Assembly: GCA_965287045.1 (NCBI GenBank)
Contig: CBDIYR020000004.1
Span: 4,588,001 to 4,652,000, forward strand
Origin: Carcharhinus amblyrhynchos
Taxonomy: Eukaryota
Direction of reading: 5' to 3'
Length of the DNA: 64,000 bases
Below, one piece after another: positions 1 through 12,699 of the stretch; positions within the stretch are counted from its first letter, which is position 1; each line of letters begins with the position of its first letter. Position numbers and translations under genes: made by a program. The notes below the pieces were generated by a model. It did not search any database and had not been told where the DNA came from. It was given only the letters and a program-made list of their open reading frames with translations.

Positions 1-2845
1 CATGTCTGCACAGCATTACCCTGGGTCTTGGGATTTGTAGTCCAGTGACAATACCATTGCCAATACCTCCACTGCTCTCTACCTTTGTGCATGTCAATGT
101 GTTTATCCCAGTATATATCTGTATGTGTATTGACATGTGTATACATACAAATCAGTGTGTATATCTATATCTGTATAGAGGTATAACCGTAACTATGTAC
201 CTAAATGTAACTATGTCTGTACAGGGGTTAAAACTAATAGCAGCAAAACACTCAAACTCTGTCCCGTAACCTCCTGTCAGTGATCACTTTGTGATTGCCA
301 GATCCTGTGTTGTGTTTTGCTGCTATGGTGATGGATAAGTCTCTGCTGCTGAGAAGCATTGGGAGGAGTAGGAACTGCACAATGGACTACAGCCCGTATT
401 ATTGCAGCAAAGTAAATTTGTAAGTACCAATGAGCCAAAACCAGCACAGGAATACTGGAGATGGGAGAATGGAGGCAAGAGCAAGTCTTTAAATATATTT
501 TGTAAATCACATCTAGTGATAGATGAGGGTGGAAGAATCTCTCTGCTCCTTGAAACAACATCCACCACATTATACATTCACTTACAATTACACCTCATAT
601 CAACAGAGCAGGGTCCTTGGCTGAGGGGTGCCTCAGAATTTAATGCAAGGCAGAAGATATCATATGTTGCAATGGATTCAACCGCAATAGGTGAAAGAGG
701 GGGAGACAACATTTGGTGAAAATGTGCAATGAAACTTCAGTAACAGAAACCTTTCAAGATGTAGTTGAACAAGCAATGATAGACTGATCTGCTGCCGAGC
801 CAAAATGAGGGTAAAATCCAGGCTTTGCCCTTTGACCTTCTCCGAGTTGCCCTCAGACTAGCTCAAAAGCAACTGTATTCCATTGTTGCTCAGTGTTTAG
901 ATGATGTCAATGAGTGTTTGAATGGACACTGAGAAGACGGTGATGCGCTCTACCATCTCACATACAGTAAAGATACAGTAAAATTTGATACTGCAAATAA
1001 CCAGCAGCAATGGAATGGAAATAAAAATGTTTGCATATACGATCGAAAGTGGAAGTGGGTCACAACCAAGGCACAACACAGCTTTCCAGTACTTGCTCAT
1101 GATGGTCAACACGTTAGCTTGATGGGCCAACACTCCCATGGGCGTTCATCAGTTCTCAGCCAGACTGGTCACAAAACAATGACTTTCAGGTCTGCCCAAC
1201 CAGGTTCAGAAGTTAACCTGCCTGGGAAAGTTATCTGAAGTTGTCCATTTGCTTAGAATTGAGCTGTAGGCTCAGCTACCACCTCTAATAGCTGCAACTT
1301 CTCCACCCCCAGCACCCTCTCCACTAATAATTATGCTCAATGAGCATGGATGACCAACGAAGACCAATAAGATATAGCCAGACACTATGCCCCATGCCAA
1401 CCCTACTAAATTAGAAGGAATGGGAAAATGGATCCCTAATTCCAGTTCCTACACCAATTCTGATTGGCACTGGGCTGCACCAGAATTATCAACCATTCCC
1501 AAATGTGAACAATGGTTTCTGAACCAAAAGGATTTGGCATCACAGACTCTCCTCAAGTCTCTCCCAATACCATACCCTCCATTTTAAGATGGAATGTTGC
1601 AAGGAAGAGTGGGTTGGAGTAGTTCACAGCCTAAATGGAATTGCACTGGTGAAAATGGTGCAGTGGAACTTTCAGGAGAAGCCAACAGATCTGACATTGT
1701 CCTCCTCACCTGTTGCTGTTGGTCAGAAATTCCAACCAAAATTCTTCAGGCAGAGAGAGAGAGAGAGAGAGAGATCTTTAGGGAGAATCAGAGGGTGTGA
1801 TAACACTCTAGTAAATGTTGCAGAAATAAAAGCAGGTATAGGCTATTCAGTCCCTCAAGTCTTGCTTTTCTATGCAATTAGATCATAGCTGATCTTATAT
1901 TGGCCTCACTCCACTTTACTGTCTGTCCCCCATAACTCTTAACTCCCTCGTGGGATGGCTGAGAACAGGTGAAAACATACAAGGGGAGGCTGATGTTTCT
2001 CTCACCTTGGATGGTGCCCAATGGAAACACTAAGCCAGCAAGATAGAATGGCAAATTGCAAATCTGTCACAGGTCATACAAGTAAGACTTCTTAAGAGAG
2101 CACAACACAGTACAAACCATCAAAATTCATTTTTGTAGGCAAAAGAAAATTCAAGCCAGGCAACTACAACCATTTGGCAACAGACTAAAAGCTGACAAAC
2201 ATGCGATACAGACAGAAATCCAGCTTCAACACAACATCTTGGACACACTTTTTTGTGAAACTTTCAATCTAACAGGAGGCAAAGAAGTTAACACTTTGCT
2301 GGATTCCAGTTTCTTTTGAGGAAAAGCCACCTGCCCACTGTACTTCCACCCTCCCAACTCAAACTCCTCCATGAGACCTCTTGCCTCTCCAAAATCTCCA
2401 TTAGTTGAGAGCAAAGGCAGGCAGGGAGGTGGGCACACCTGTGACTCCATCGGCTGATGGGGAGGGAAGATCTGCTTGAGAGGTTAAGGTGGGTGAATTA
2501 TCATATATACCTCCAACCCTTTCCATCATCCCCACCAACCAATCTGGTCTGGTCTTGCTACGTTACACTTAATAGCCCGTGGGACCTGCCACTGAGGTGG
2601 TCACCATACACTTGGTCCAGACCGGATTACAAGGTCTCTTTTCTGGAACTATGCTTCAAGCTCCTTCTCTTTTTAAAGGACTGGTACCAAAAGAAAAATT
2701 TCCAAATTGAACTTGGTCCAACTGGGGGGGAGGGGAGGGGATATATTTCTGAATTCACCTGACTTAGGCAACCCACTTCATTTCAGTATTTCGTGAAATG
2801 TTTATCTCTGCAAAGGAACAGTCACAGATTAAAAACAAAATCATA

Positions 2846-2973
2846 GGGTGGAATTTTAGGGCCTCTGCTATTAGCAGTATTTTCTGATCATGCCGAAGTC
2901 AATGAACTTTTGAAAGGTTCACAACATTTTCTGTGACCTGTTCCCACCACCAGGGGGCTGTAGAATTCTACCC
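2846..2973. mobile_element. Short MITE-like element
   Basis: Terminal inverted repeats GGGTGGAATTTTAGGGCC ... GGCTGTAGAATTCTACCC. Confidence 0.6.
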
Positions 2974-5900
2974 ATGGAATCTGCAAAAGTGGAAACTTTA
3001 GGGAAAGATTTTGTATTCAATGTTTCCTATTTAGAGATTTGAATATTGAGGAGGCCTATTCTCAGTTGAGGCCTAGCTTTCTGAATGGAAAATTGTCTTC
3101 CTTGTTCACTATGTGAAACAATACAACGTGATGGGCTTAATTAGGAAGCTGCACTGTGCTGTGTGACAGCAACCAAAAGGTGCGGTCCTCTGGGATCCCT
3201 GGAAGAAAGGCCACTTGGTTGCAATGTCAATCTCTTTTGGTGACCCAGAGAAGGTCTTAGTGTGACTCCATATCAGCCTGGACTCAAGAGAGCTAGCATT
3301 TGCTGCTGTGACTCAAGTGGCATGCGCTGGCAAACCCTAAGACCAGGACTAACCTTTGGAGGTAATGAACCTTTGTTGCACAGTAAACTGAAAATTAATA
3401 ACATGACGTGGGACGTATGTGTGTGCTAACACGGTTGACATGTCAAGTGGCAAGGCATAGGTCACGTGGGGACATATTGGTTGAAACGACAAATGGACAT
3501 GCACACAGACACTCATACACGCACAGCGACAGACACAAAAAAAAAAGCCACACCACCTCACATCGACTTTGCAGACACGTGTGAAAAGATCTTCAGTGCA
3601 GTCCTTGTCTTAGTTCAAGACTCTCTGATGGAGTATCAGTCCAAGGGGCATCAGGGACCTTGCAGTAGTGCCTGTACCAAGTAAGATGGTGACCTCAGTT
3701 CTTAAGAGCTCTTCAAGTAAAGGCCCTCCACATTCCCCCTCCTCCAACCCCCAACAACCTGGCCCCTTATAGGCCTCTCCAAAGACACTTCTTCCAGTCC
3801 ATCAAGGCCTTTGAATCAAGATGTTTCCATCCATTGTACTTTTAATTTCAAAAACAATGTTTATTTGTTGGTGGAAAGGGGAGTGGGGCAAGGGTGAAAA
3901 GGCAAAACTGCAAGAGGTCTATGAGTACATTCGCTCGTGAAGATGTTGTGTAGATTTGATTTCTGACAGCTCTGAAATAGCTGGCCTGCTGGAGATGTGC
4001 AACAAAGTCCAATATCTGCCCATGTCTTCACCCTCCCTTACTGCCACCATCCCCCAAAACCACTGAATACAAATTATTGCAACCAATTTGAGAAGGCCTC
4101 CAATCCATTTCACATTCAGTCCTCTTTATTCCGCCATTGATGGGGGAAACAACAAACCGTGCAAAGAACCTCCAACGACTTGCACTGCAGCTCAACCTTA
4201 GGTGACCCATCGCTTAGATATTGGAACTTTTCACACATCTCTGCAGCCTTCAGATCTTCTGAAAGCCAGGGATACTGCAGCTTAAAAGATTTCTCCCTTT
4301 TCTTTGTCTCGTACCTTCTGGTTCGCTGCCCTCAAATGTCGGAGGAGGTACAGGCGGCGCAAGACACCGTTCCAGCCAGGGTTTTCTAGTCGCCTCCGAG
4401 TCGGTCAACAAGGCCCTCACGGCGCGACCATCTCCCCTGCCCCCTTCTGCATGTGAACGGAGCATTCTTTCCCCACACCCAGCTAACAATGTGCCACACA
4501 ATCAAAACCACCAGCCCGAGGTGTGACCCCACTTACCGGGTCCTGTGGCCAAACTTGAATGTAGATCCAGAATTAATTTTTATATAAATATATATATATA
4601 TACAATATATATATACTTTTTTTAAAAAAGAAGAATTAAATGCGATCGGTGTAATACCCTGTTTACCCTCCCCTTCCCGCGCACCCCTTTCCCCCCTCCC
4701 GAACTCCTCCCTCCCAAAAAAACCTGTCCAGCCAATTAGAGAACTCATTTTCCTGCCCAGGTTGCCTGCCAGAAGGACATCGCGGTCTAAACGCCGCCCT
4801 CAGTAGGTCCCGCGCCAACGGAAACCCGAGGCAGATCAACGTCAGACCAGCTGCTGCCCCCCTCCCCCTTCCAAGCTGTACTCGAAGCGGCGAGCCTGGC
4901 GACGAACGAGGCGGGGGTCTCCGCGGAACTTGGCCTCGATCCGGCTCGAAGCATAGTCCTTGGCGCGGTGAGGGCGAGGTGGGTGGGCAGCGGGTGGGGC
5001 TGGAAAACCATTTTGCTTTTTTTTGAAGGAATGCTCCATTGACTTCCAGAGGGGGGGTTGAAAAGTGTTAGGCAGGCGGATTAGAGAGAAGTGTGGGTTA
5101 GGCGAGGGCAGGGTTGGGGGGGGGGGGGAGGGTAGGAAAGAAGGCGTAAGAGAGTAAGAAAGGAGAAAAGAGGAAAGGCAGGAAGAGAAATAAAGAAATT
5201 TACATATGTATTTGCAATATTAGTACAATTTGTTGGCACAATTTCCATACCACAAAGGTATACCTCACAAAGCACGCACACATACAGACACATGTATATA
5301 TTGAATACATATGTAGATTATATAGATATATATCACAATCATTAAAGCAATAATGTTAGTTATTAGATGCTGCATTTCCAAAATGGTTGCTCAGCAAAGT
5401 TTTCTACAGCCTCTACAGTACAGATTACAATAGCCGCCTCCCCTCACACCAGGGAACAGTGATGACCATGACACTTGGCGAAGGATGGGGTTATCGAAAC
5501 CACTTGAACCTGACCGGGCTGAGGATAGGGCGCAGTGCCCATCTGATTGCCAAGCCCACCGTGCACCTCAACAAAGACAGGATCATCTGGACAGGACATG
5601 GAAGCCGGCCGCGCACCCTATCCGGCCACCCTCCCCGTTTTGGCTCCCGGCCGCTGTGAAGTGACCACCCCGGTGGGGCGCTGGTCAGGAAAGGCAGCCT
5701 GTAATTGTACCCTCAGCCATCGCCACCGCCACTTGTAGGTAATCCTACCGGGAGATCGGAGGCCCCGGTTGGTCACGTCTGCCCGTCTTGCGCCACTGTC
5801 GCACACCTTGGCCGTGGTAGCTCGTCTGCAGCCGCCCCATAACCGTCACCCAACTCCGCCTGTCTTGACCCCTTTTCCTGACCCGCCAAGAGAGACATTC

Positions 5901-6060
5901 TAGAAGGTTCTTTCTCCATTGACTCCCCCAACCGCCCATCCTTTTTCTTCCCCCAGTCATTTTATCATTTCCTCCAAGAAAGATGCGATGAATTCATCCA
6001 CTTGACATTGAAGGTAAGGGTGGGTAGGAGAGGGTAGGCGCCCTAACCCTGGAGAGCAGG

Positions 6061-6285
6061 TGGACAACCCCCATCCCGCAGCCCTTCCCCTGGGGCCATC
6101 TCGCGCGCCTAACTGTCCCCGCACGCGGTCAGTTTAAATCTCGTCCCGCCCCTCCCCCACTCGCGACCTATCAGATTCCGAGCCTGCCGCTCGGCAACCG
6201 ATGGCGTCAACAGAGGACGCAGCTCCGATTGGTGCAAAGGCGCGGACCGGCGCCCATGGAGGGAATTCTCACGATCGGCAGGTCC
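6061..6285 (+). promoter_or_regulatory. Left arm of inverted duplicated promoter module (RFX X1 / CRE-like X2 / NF-Y Y box)
   Basis: TTTAAA 6133, CCCGCCCC 6145, CTCGGCAACCGATG 6190-6203, TGGCGTCA 6202-6209, CCGATTGG 6225-6232. Reverse-complement match to 7079-7280. Confidence 0.75.
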
Positions 6286-6821
6286 ATCGACGGGCGCATG
6301 TGCGCCCTCACAGCGCGCGGTGGGGGGGGGGGGATCCAGAATGTTCTACCGAGAGCGAGCGGGCGGCCGCTTTGGAAGGCGTCGAATGGGGGAGTGCGGT
6401 TCAAGAAGCCCAGGTAGGGGAAAATCGGCTCTGAAAACCTGTCGTCCGTTGACCGCCCCCCTTTCACAGGATTCGTTAGCTGCTGGGGCGGAGTTATAGC
6501 AAGTGAGAATGGAGGGTTGGGCTGATAAATCGCGCTCGACGCCCGACCAGATACTGGACTACATTAACGTGGCGGCGTCTCTGACACCAAGTCAGGTTAA
6601 GCTTGAGCTTAGGCCTGTCAACAGACGCAGCGTTTTGTTTTCTATTTGGGAGACAGGCTCTTGTGATTCTCAGTGCCTTGGAGAACCTGGGTGTGAATTA
6701 TGGGCATTGGTTCCCACCAATTTCGCAATAAACCCTGTATAAATACCACGCAGGTTAATCTTTCAGGAAACAGGAGGGATGGAGTGTAAAATAGATGGTA
6801 GATCTGTTACCTAAGTTGTTA

Positions 6822-7078
6822 AAGTTTTATCTATTAGTCTGACAAGTAAGCTTACATTAACACTGCAGTGAAGTTACTGTGAAAATCCCCTCAGTTGCCA
6901 CACTGCGGCGCCTGTTCGGGTACACTGAGGGGGAATTTAGGATGGCCCAATACACCCTAACCAGCACGTCTTTCGGACTGTGGGAGGAAACCCACACAGA
7001 CATAGGGAGAACGTGCAGACTCCGCGCAGTGATGGAAACTGGCAATTGAACCCAGGTCCCTGACACCCTGAGGCAGCA
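6822..7078 (-). mobile_element. HE1/V-SINE (5'-clipped), abutting the right promoter arm
   Basis: Reverse complement of the SINE body (ggactgtgggaggaaac...gaacccaggtccctg...gaggcagcag). Confidence 0.88.
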
Positions 7079-7280
7079 GGGCCAGCCAATCGGGAGGGAG
7101 CGAGTTCGTGCCTTTGGACCAATCGGATCGCAGTCCGCTGGTGACGTCATCGGTTGCCGAGCGGCAGGTTCGGAATCTGATAGGTCGAGAGTGGGGGAGG
7201 GGCGGGGCGGGATTTAAATGACCGCGTCTTAGGCGGGCGAGGCGGCCCCAGGGGAGGGGCTGTGGGATCGGGGTTGTCCA
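7079..7280 (-). promoter_or_regulatory. Right arm of inverted duplicated promoter module
   Basis: CCAAT 7086 and 7119, perfect CRE TGACGTCA 7142-7149, X-box CATCGGTTGCCGAG 7148-7161, GGGGCGGGGC ~7199, TTTAAA 7213. Confidence 0.75.
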
Positions 7281-8551
7281 ATTTCTTCCCAGATGGCACT
7301 GGGACTGTACATAGACTGCAGTGGCTCATTGCCACCTTCTATTGGGCAGTTAGAGATGGGCAACAAGCATCCCACAAAGAAAACAGAGATTCAGCTCTTG
7401 GCTTCCAGTGAAGACAACTAATAAAACATGACCTGGTCAATGCCCAGTGACCACGGGTTAGATGTCAATCAGTGAAATACCGTGGAAGTGCAACTAAAGT
7501 AAAACAAACATAATTTGTGAATGGAGAGAGTTATCCTTCAAGAACAGGAGGCAGAAAGAGAATGTTATTTCAGGAATCAAACCCAGGTTTGAAAATGACG
7601 CGGCTCTGCACACACAGTTCCTGCACATTTGGATGTCAATTTACGATCTGTTCGTATTTATGTGCTTGAACAGGGTTTGGTTAGAAATGGTACGGGGTAA
7701 GGCAAATTTAACTTACCTTGCCTGTTCGGAACCAGTGGGATTGTATGCAATGCTATTTTTATCTCTTGCCTGAATTGACTTTATTAAAGTCAACAGATAG
7801 GTTGTAAAACTGACTTTCCACCTGAATCCATAGGATCCCTGCATGTGAGTTTGGGCATAATGATCCCCAATATTTCAGCAAGCTAAAATTCCATCTATCT
7901 CCTCCCTATTAGGACTACGTATGGAACAGATAGTGTTGATCCTCCCAAATGCGAAATCGGACAGATTTTGGCCTGAAAATTTCATTTTGGGAGCTAGTTG
8001 ATATGTGGTAAGTCTAGCATGTTTGGGAGAAACAGCTGATTTTTGAACTTCTGCAGTTCAACATTTTCCACCACAATTTTCTTCAAGCCATGACTGGGTC
8101 TTTTGTAGACTAGTTGATGGAGATTGCTGTGATCAGTAAACAGCTTCATTATATCATGTAATTATCAGTAATTCCTATGTTCCTAACACATTTCCATTGT
8201 GTCCTTTATATGTTGGGTGGTGTTTGCACGTATCTAGCCGTGTCATATTTTATAATAATTAAATCAAAACTATTCCTATTTCCTTTCCTGCCTTATTCTG
8301 TCTCCACCACCAAACGGCCCACCACCACCACTACTCTCTCCAGGCTCTCCTAATCCCCATTGTATTCAGAACATTTTGGTGTTTCATATTTGCCAGCTAA
8401 ATTTATCAGGAACTGCAGGGGCCTACCCATGTTCAGAATTCAAATTCATCTTCTCACCAAAATGCCTTAATCTCACTTTATCTGTGAAACACTTTCAAAG
8501 CCATTGATTAAAGCCACAGCTTACTTATTCCATAAATCCTGTTGCTTTGGT

Positions 8552-8855
8552 TTAAGTTTATTTCTTAGTGTCACAAAGACATTTACATTAACACTGCAAT
8601 GAAGTTACTCTGAAAATCCGCTAGTTGTCACACTCCTGTGCATGTTTGAGTACACTGAGGGAGAATTTAGCATAGCCAATGCACCTAACCAGCACAGTTT
8701 TTGGACTGTGGGAGGAAACTGGAGCATCTGGAGAAAACCCATGCAGACACAGACAGAATGTGCAGACTCCATACACATAGTGACCCAAGCCCTGGGTATT
8801 GAACCCAGGTCGCTGGTGCTGTGAGGCAGCACTGCTAACCACAGTGCTACCCTGC
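8552..8855 (-). mobile_element. HE1/V-SINE
   Basis: Full head (gtggttagcagtgctgcctcacagc), V-domain and tail shared with the 6822 and 35410 copies. Confidence 0.9.
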
Positions 8856-11274
8856 TGCTGGGTGGAGAAAACTCCCCCTTCCTGTTCTCAAATTTTAATC
8901 CAAATAGCCCACTAACCTCTCTACAATACAATCCTATCCCCTCAGACAATTTAATCCTCGCTGAATAATAGTGGTGGTTTTGTTTCTTTACAGTTCAGAT
9001 CAAATGAAATGAATCCCCATGCGCACACAAACTAATCACAATGAACTCATAACACTGGCTCCAAAAATAAAACCTCTCATCACAACAAAGTTCACTTGTT
9101 TGGCTGACTGCAAACAGTCCCCACAGTTCCCTAAATTCCATCAGTATAAAGGTGGTCCCAATACCTATGATTGACAGGTCTGTTCCTTGGAATCCACAAT
9201 CACCACTGCACAACAGAACCAGAAGAGATCTCTCACCAGGCACAGATAGGGATGACAGCAGAATAATGAGGGACATTTGGTAATATTAGCATACGCTCTA
9301 CTGCTTGGATAAAGTGAATTTCTCTTCTGAAATGCTGATTCATCAACAACAACTGCTTTCTGCGAAACCTGCTGCTTACTAGGGACATCATAATGATGGA
9401 ACAGAAACAGGTCCAAGAAAGTTTCTGGTGTAAATTGAAGGATGTCATACTTACACTCTGTGCTGCATCTCTTTAAAGTTTGCAGGAGGTGATTCTGAGT
9501 GGCAGGACAAACATTTATTTCCCAACCCTAGCGACATTGAAACAACTGGCTTGTTAGGCTACTGGAGTCATGAATCTGCCAAGACTGGGGAAAGACGAGC
9601 GGTTTCCTTCTCCAAAAGAAATATTGCAGCCTTTTCAGCATTGAAAGAAGTGACCTTACAGAGATATGTATTGGTTGTATTTGCATGATAATGATCCCAT
9701 TAATGCAAAGTCGTTTCACTTTGTAACAACAGTGCAAGGCCTAACTTGAACACAACCTCAACCTGGTTTCTGGCCCTGGCCCTAACCAAGTAAAATGATC
9801 TCTGGAGGAAGCAAATTTGTTCTCTTTTACATCAGAATCAGCCTGCTCATCTAAGTCCACTCCACACTTAGCAAATGGCTAGCAGAAAAAAAAATGGCCA
9901 TGATGGTTTTAGATTTGTAGTGTGAATGAGCTTCCCAAATGATTTTGCAAAAGCTACCACTACTTCAAACTAAAACTGTGAGAGTTAAGACAGGATGGTG
10001 GAGAGGGTTCCAGGCAAATTGTAGGTTGACACAGAGTGATCACCGCGTTGACTAAGCACTGGATCAGCTCTCTGCAATTGTTGAAGAAAGAGCTGGTGCT
10101 GTTAACAGGGGCACTAAAGGGTATTTCTGGAGAAATGGGCCTACTCCTTTAAGTTGCATATCTGTCTTGTTGATCTTTTTATTGACAGGTAATCATTCTC
10201 CTCCCTGCAGTACTCCTTTTTAACCAACTGATGGTGATATTGCTTTATATTGTCATAACGCTTAAGGCTGAAATCTGACGTTGCCTGAAGACATGCAATT
10301 GTGATCACAAATTAAGATTAAACAATTTGCTGCCCAAAATAAAACAATTTTTAGTATAAAAATGTGTCTGAGCTGATTTGGAGAGACTGAAAAAACTGTT
10401 AATTCACACCAAATAAGGCAAAAGAGGAGTACCATGGGCTGAAAGATACATTACTTTGGTGCTCAGTCTGACTTGGCAATACTGTTGTCGACTGTGGTTA
10501 AATATATTCCTGGAGGTTTCATCATATGACTTGCCCTCAAGCTCCAGCCATTCATCAGCCAACACACCCATCCTTGTGGAGTTCTACATTACAATGCCAA
10601 TTGGAAAGCAGAAAGACTCATCACCAAAACTAATAGCCAAAAAACGTTTCCTCTATCCCTCCCCCCTCACTGTTTTCAGTGATTTCATATCTGGTGTAGT
10701 GCAATTTAAAAAAAATCTTTTTTCATATTCCAACTAGTTTTCTCTAGGACTGCATGCAGCAGTGACTTGGTGATTGATCTTCAATTCCTTGAAGCTCCAG
10801 TCCAATTCTGGAGGTTTGGCAACCCTACTTTGGCAAATCAAGGATCATAGTTCTGGACTGGTGAACAGATTCATTTCTGATCTTGTTAAGATTGGAGGAT
10901 GTGGGAATCACAAGACCGTGTATCCCTCACAAATGAGAGTTCTGAGATTTTTCCCCCTCTGAAAATAATATGGGATGCATTTAAGGGGAATCTTGTGAAA
11001 TAGCGAAGGGATAAAGGAATAGAATGTGATAGGGTGACATGAAGGGATTCAAGTAGAGCTTAAACACCAGTTGGTGTGGTGTTGAAGATTCACTGTATTT
11101 TATTCAGTAATTTCTATATTTCAGCAGTAATTGCACTTCTAACGGTGCTTTAATTGGCTCTAACATATTTTGACACCTTCAGAGGCTTTGAAAGGTGCTA
11201 TGTCCAGTCATATTTTTTATTGTTACCAGTGTTGTGCATTCACTTCATGCATTCATGTAAAGGGTTGCTTGGAC

Positions 11275-12292
11275 CCTCCAGTGATCAGCGGTGTGCCTGA
11301 GGGATCGGTGCTAGGTCCATTGTTATTTGTCATTTATATTAATGATTTGGATGAGGATTTAGGAGGCATGGTTGGTAAGGTTGTAGATGTGACCAAGATT
11401 GGTGGCATTGTGGACAGTGAAGAAGGTTATCTAGGATTGCAACAGGATCTTGATCAATTTGGGCCACTGGGCTGATGAATGGCAGATGGAGTTTAATTAA
11501 GATAAATGTAAGGTGATGCATTTTGGTAGATCGAACCAGGGCAGGACTAACTTTGTTAATAGGGTGTTGGGGAGAGTTATAGATCAAAAGATCTAGGGGT
11601 ACAGGTTCATAGCTCCTTGAAAGTAAAGTTACAGGTGGACAGAGTGGTGAAGAAGGCGTTCTGCATGCCTGGTTTCATTGGTCAGAATATTGAACGCAGG
11701 AGTTGGGACATCTTGTTGAAGTTGTATGAGACATTGGTAAGGCCATCTTGGAATATTGTGTACAATTCTAGTCATCCTATTATAGAAAGGATATTATTAA
11801 ACTAGAAAGAGTGCAGAAAAGATTTACCAGGATGCTACCAGGACTTGATGTTTTGAGTTATAAGGAAAGGTTGGATAGACTGGGACTATTTTCCCTGGAG
11901 CATAGGAGACTTAGGGATGATCTTATAGAGGTCTATAAAATAATGAGGGCCATAGATAAGATAGTCACCATCTTTTCCCAAAGGTAGGGGAGTCTATAAC
12001 TAGGAGGCATAGGTTTAAGGTGAGGGGGGAGACGTACAAAAGGGTCCAGAGAGGCAATTCTTCCACACAGCGGGTGGTGAGTGTCTGGAACAAGCTGTCA
12101 GAGGTAGTAGTAGAGGCAGGTACAGTTTTGTTTTTTAAGAAGCATTTAGACAGTTACATGGGTAAAATGGATATAAAGGGATATGGGCCAAACGCAGGCA
12201 ATTGGGACTAGCTTAGCTGTTTTAAAAAAAGAATGGCATAGACAAGTTGGGCCGAAGAGCTTGGTTCCATTCTGTAAACTTCTATGACTCTT
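11275..12292 (+). mobile_element. CR1 LINE, 5'-truncated (RT C-terminal half plus 3' UTR)
   Basis: SGVPEGSVLGPLLFVIYINDLD...TKIGGIVDSEE...LQQDLD; ends tctatgactc. Confidence 0.93.
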
Positions 12293-12699
12293 TATTCATA
12301 TAAATGAGGCTCCAGTGGGCTCTGGGGTGGGTAAGTTACCAGCCAGAAGTGCATTAAGCCATTGTGCCATTGTGAGGATGGATCACTATTTCTTGTTGCT
12401 GTACTGTGATGATGGTACTGTTGGCCCTTCCATCATTCTTGTATATCGGTTGCTTATGAACTGTTGTTGTGGAAAGACTTTGAAGCGGCTCCTGACAGAT
12501 TGTTATAGGACTTGGAAATGGATGGCACAGGCATTGTGTTGGAAACAACATCTGTATTAATCACCTGATGTGTCATACAGAAGGCAGATTGTCAATCCAA
12601 TCCAAACACACTTCTGTCACCTGCACTTGTACTGAGTGTCAAACAATACATTGACACTGGCTGAGTTCCTACACATTCTTTGGTATCAATCACAAACCT

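Larger units (their letters stand above)
4300..7300. promoter_or_regulatory. CpG island / probable promoter region
   Basis: Sharp rise in GC and CpG content relative to the rest of the window (e.g. 4790-5000, 5500-5850, 6100-6580, 7080-7280). Contains GC boxes, CCAAT boxes, a CRE and an NRF1-like GCGCATGTGCGC near 6295. Confidence 0.75.

Noticed and set aside
1-2200. Several 60-105 aa ORFs (e.g. 402-719, 897-1139, 1387-1587 with NPTKL)
   Set aside because: No recognisable domain or consistent exon chain; the NPTKL match is on the wrong strand for the SynGAP gene.
5445-5600. Minus-strand short ORF containing VEVHGGLGNQMG, resembling the GT11 fucosyltransferase motif
   Set aside because: Only ~50 codons with no further GT11 similarity or exon structure; likely chance in GC-rich DNA.
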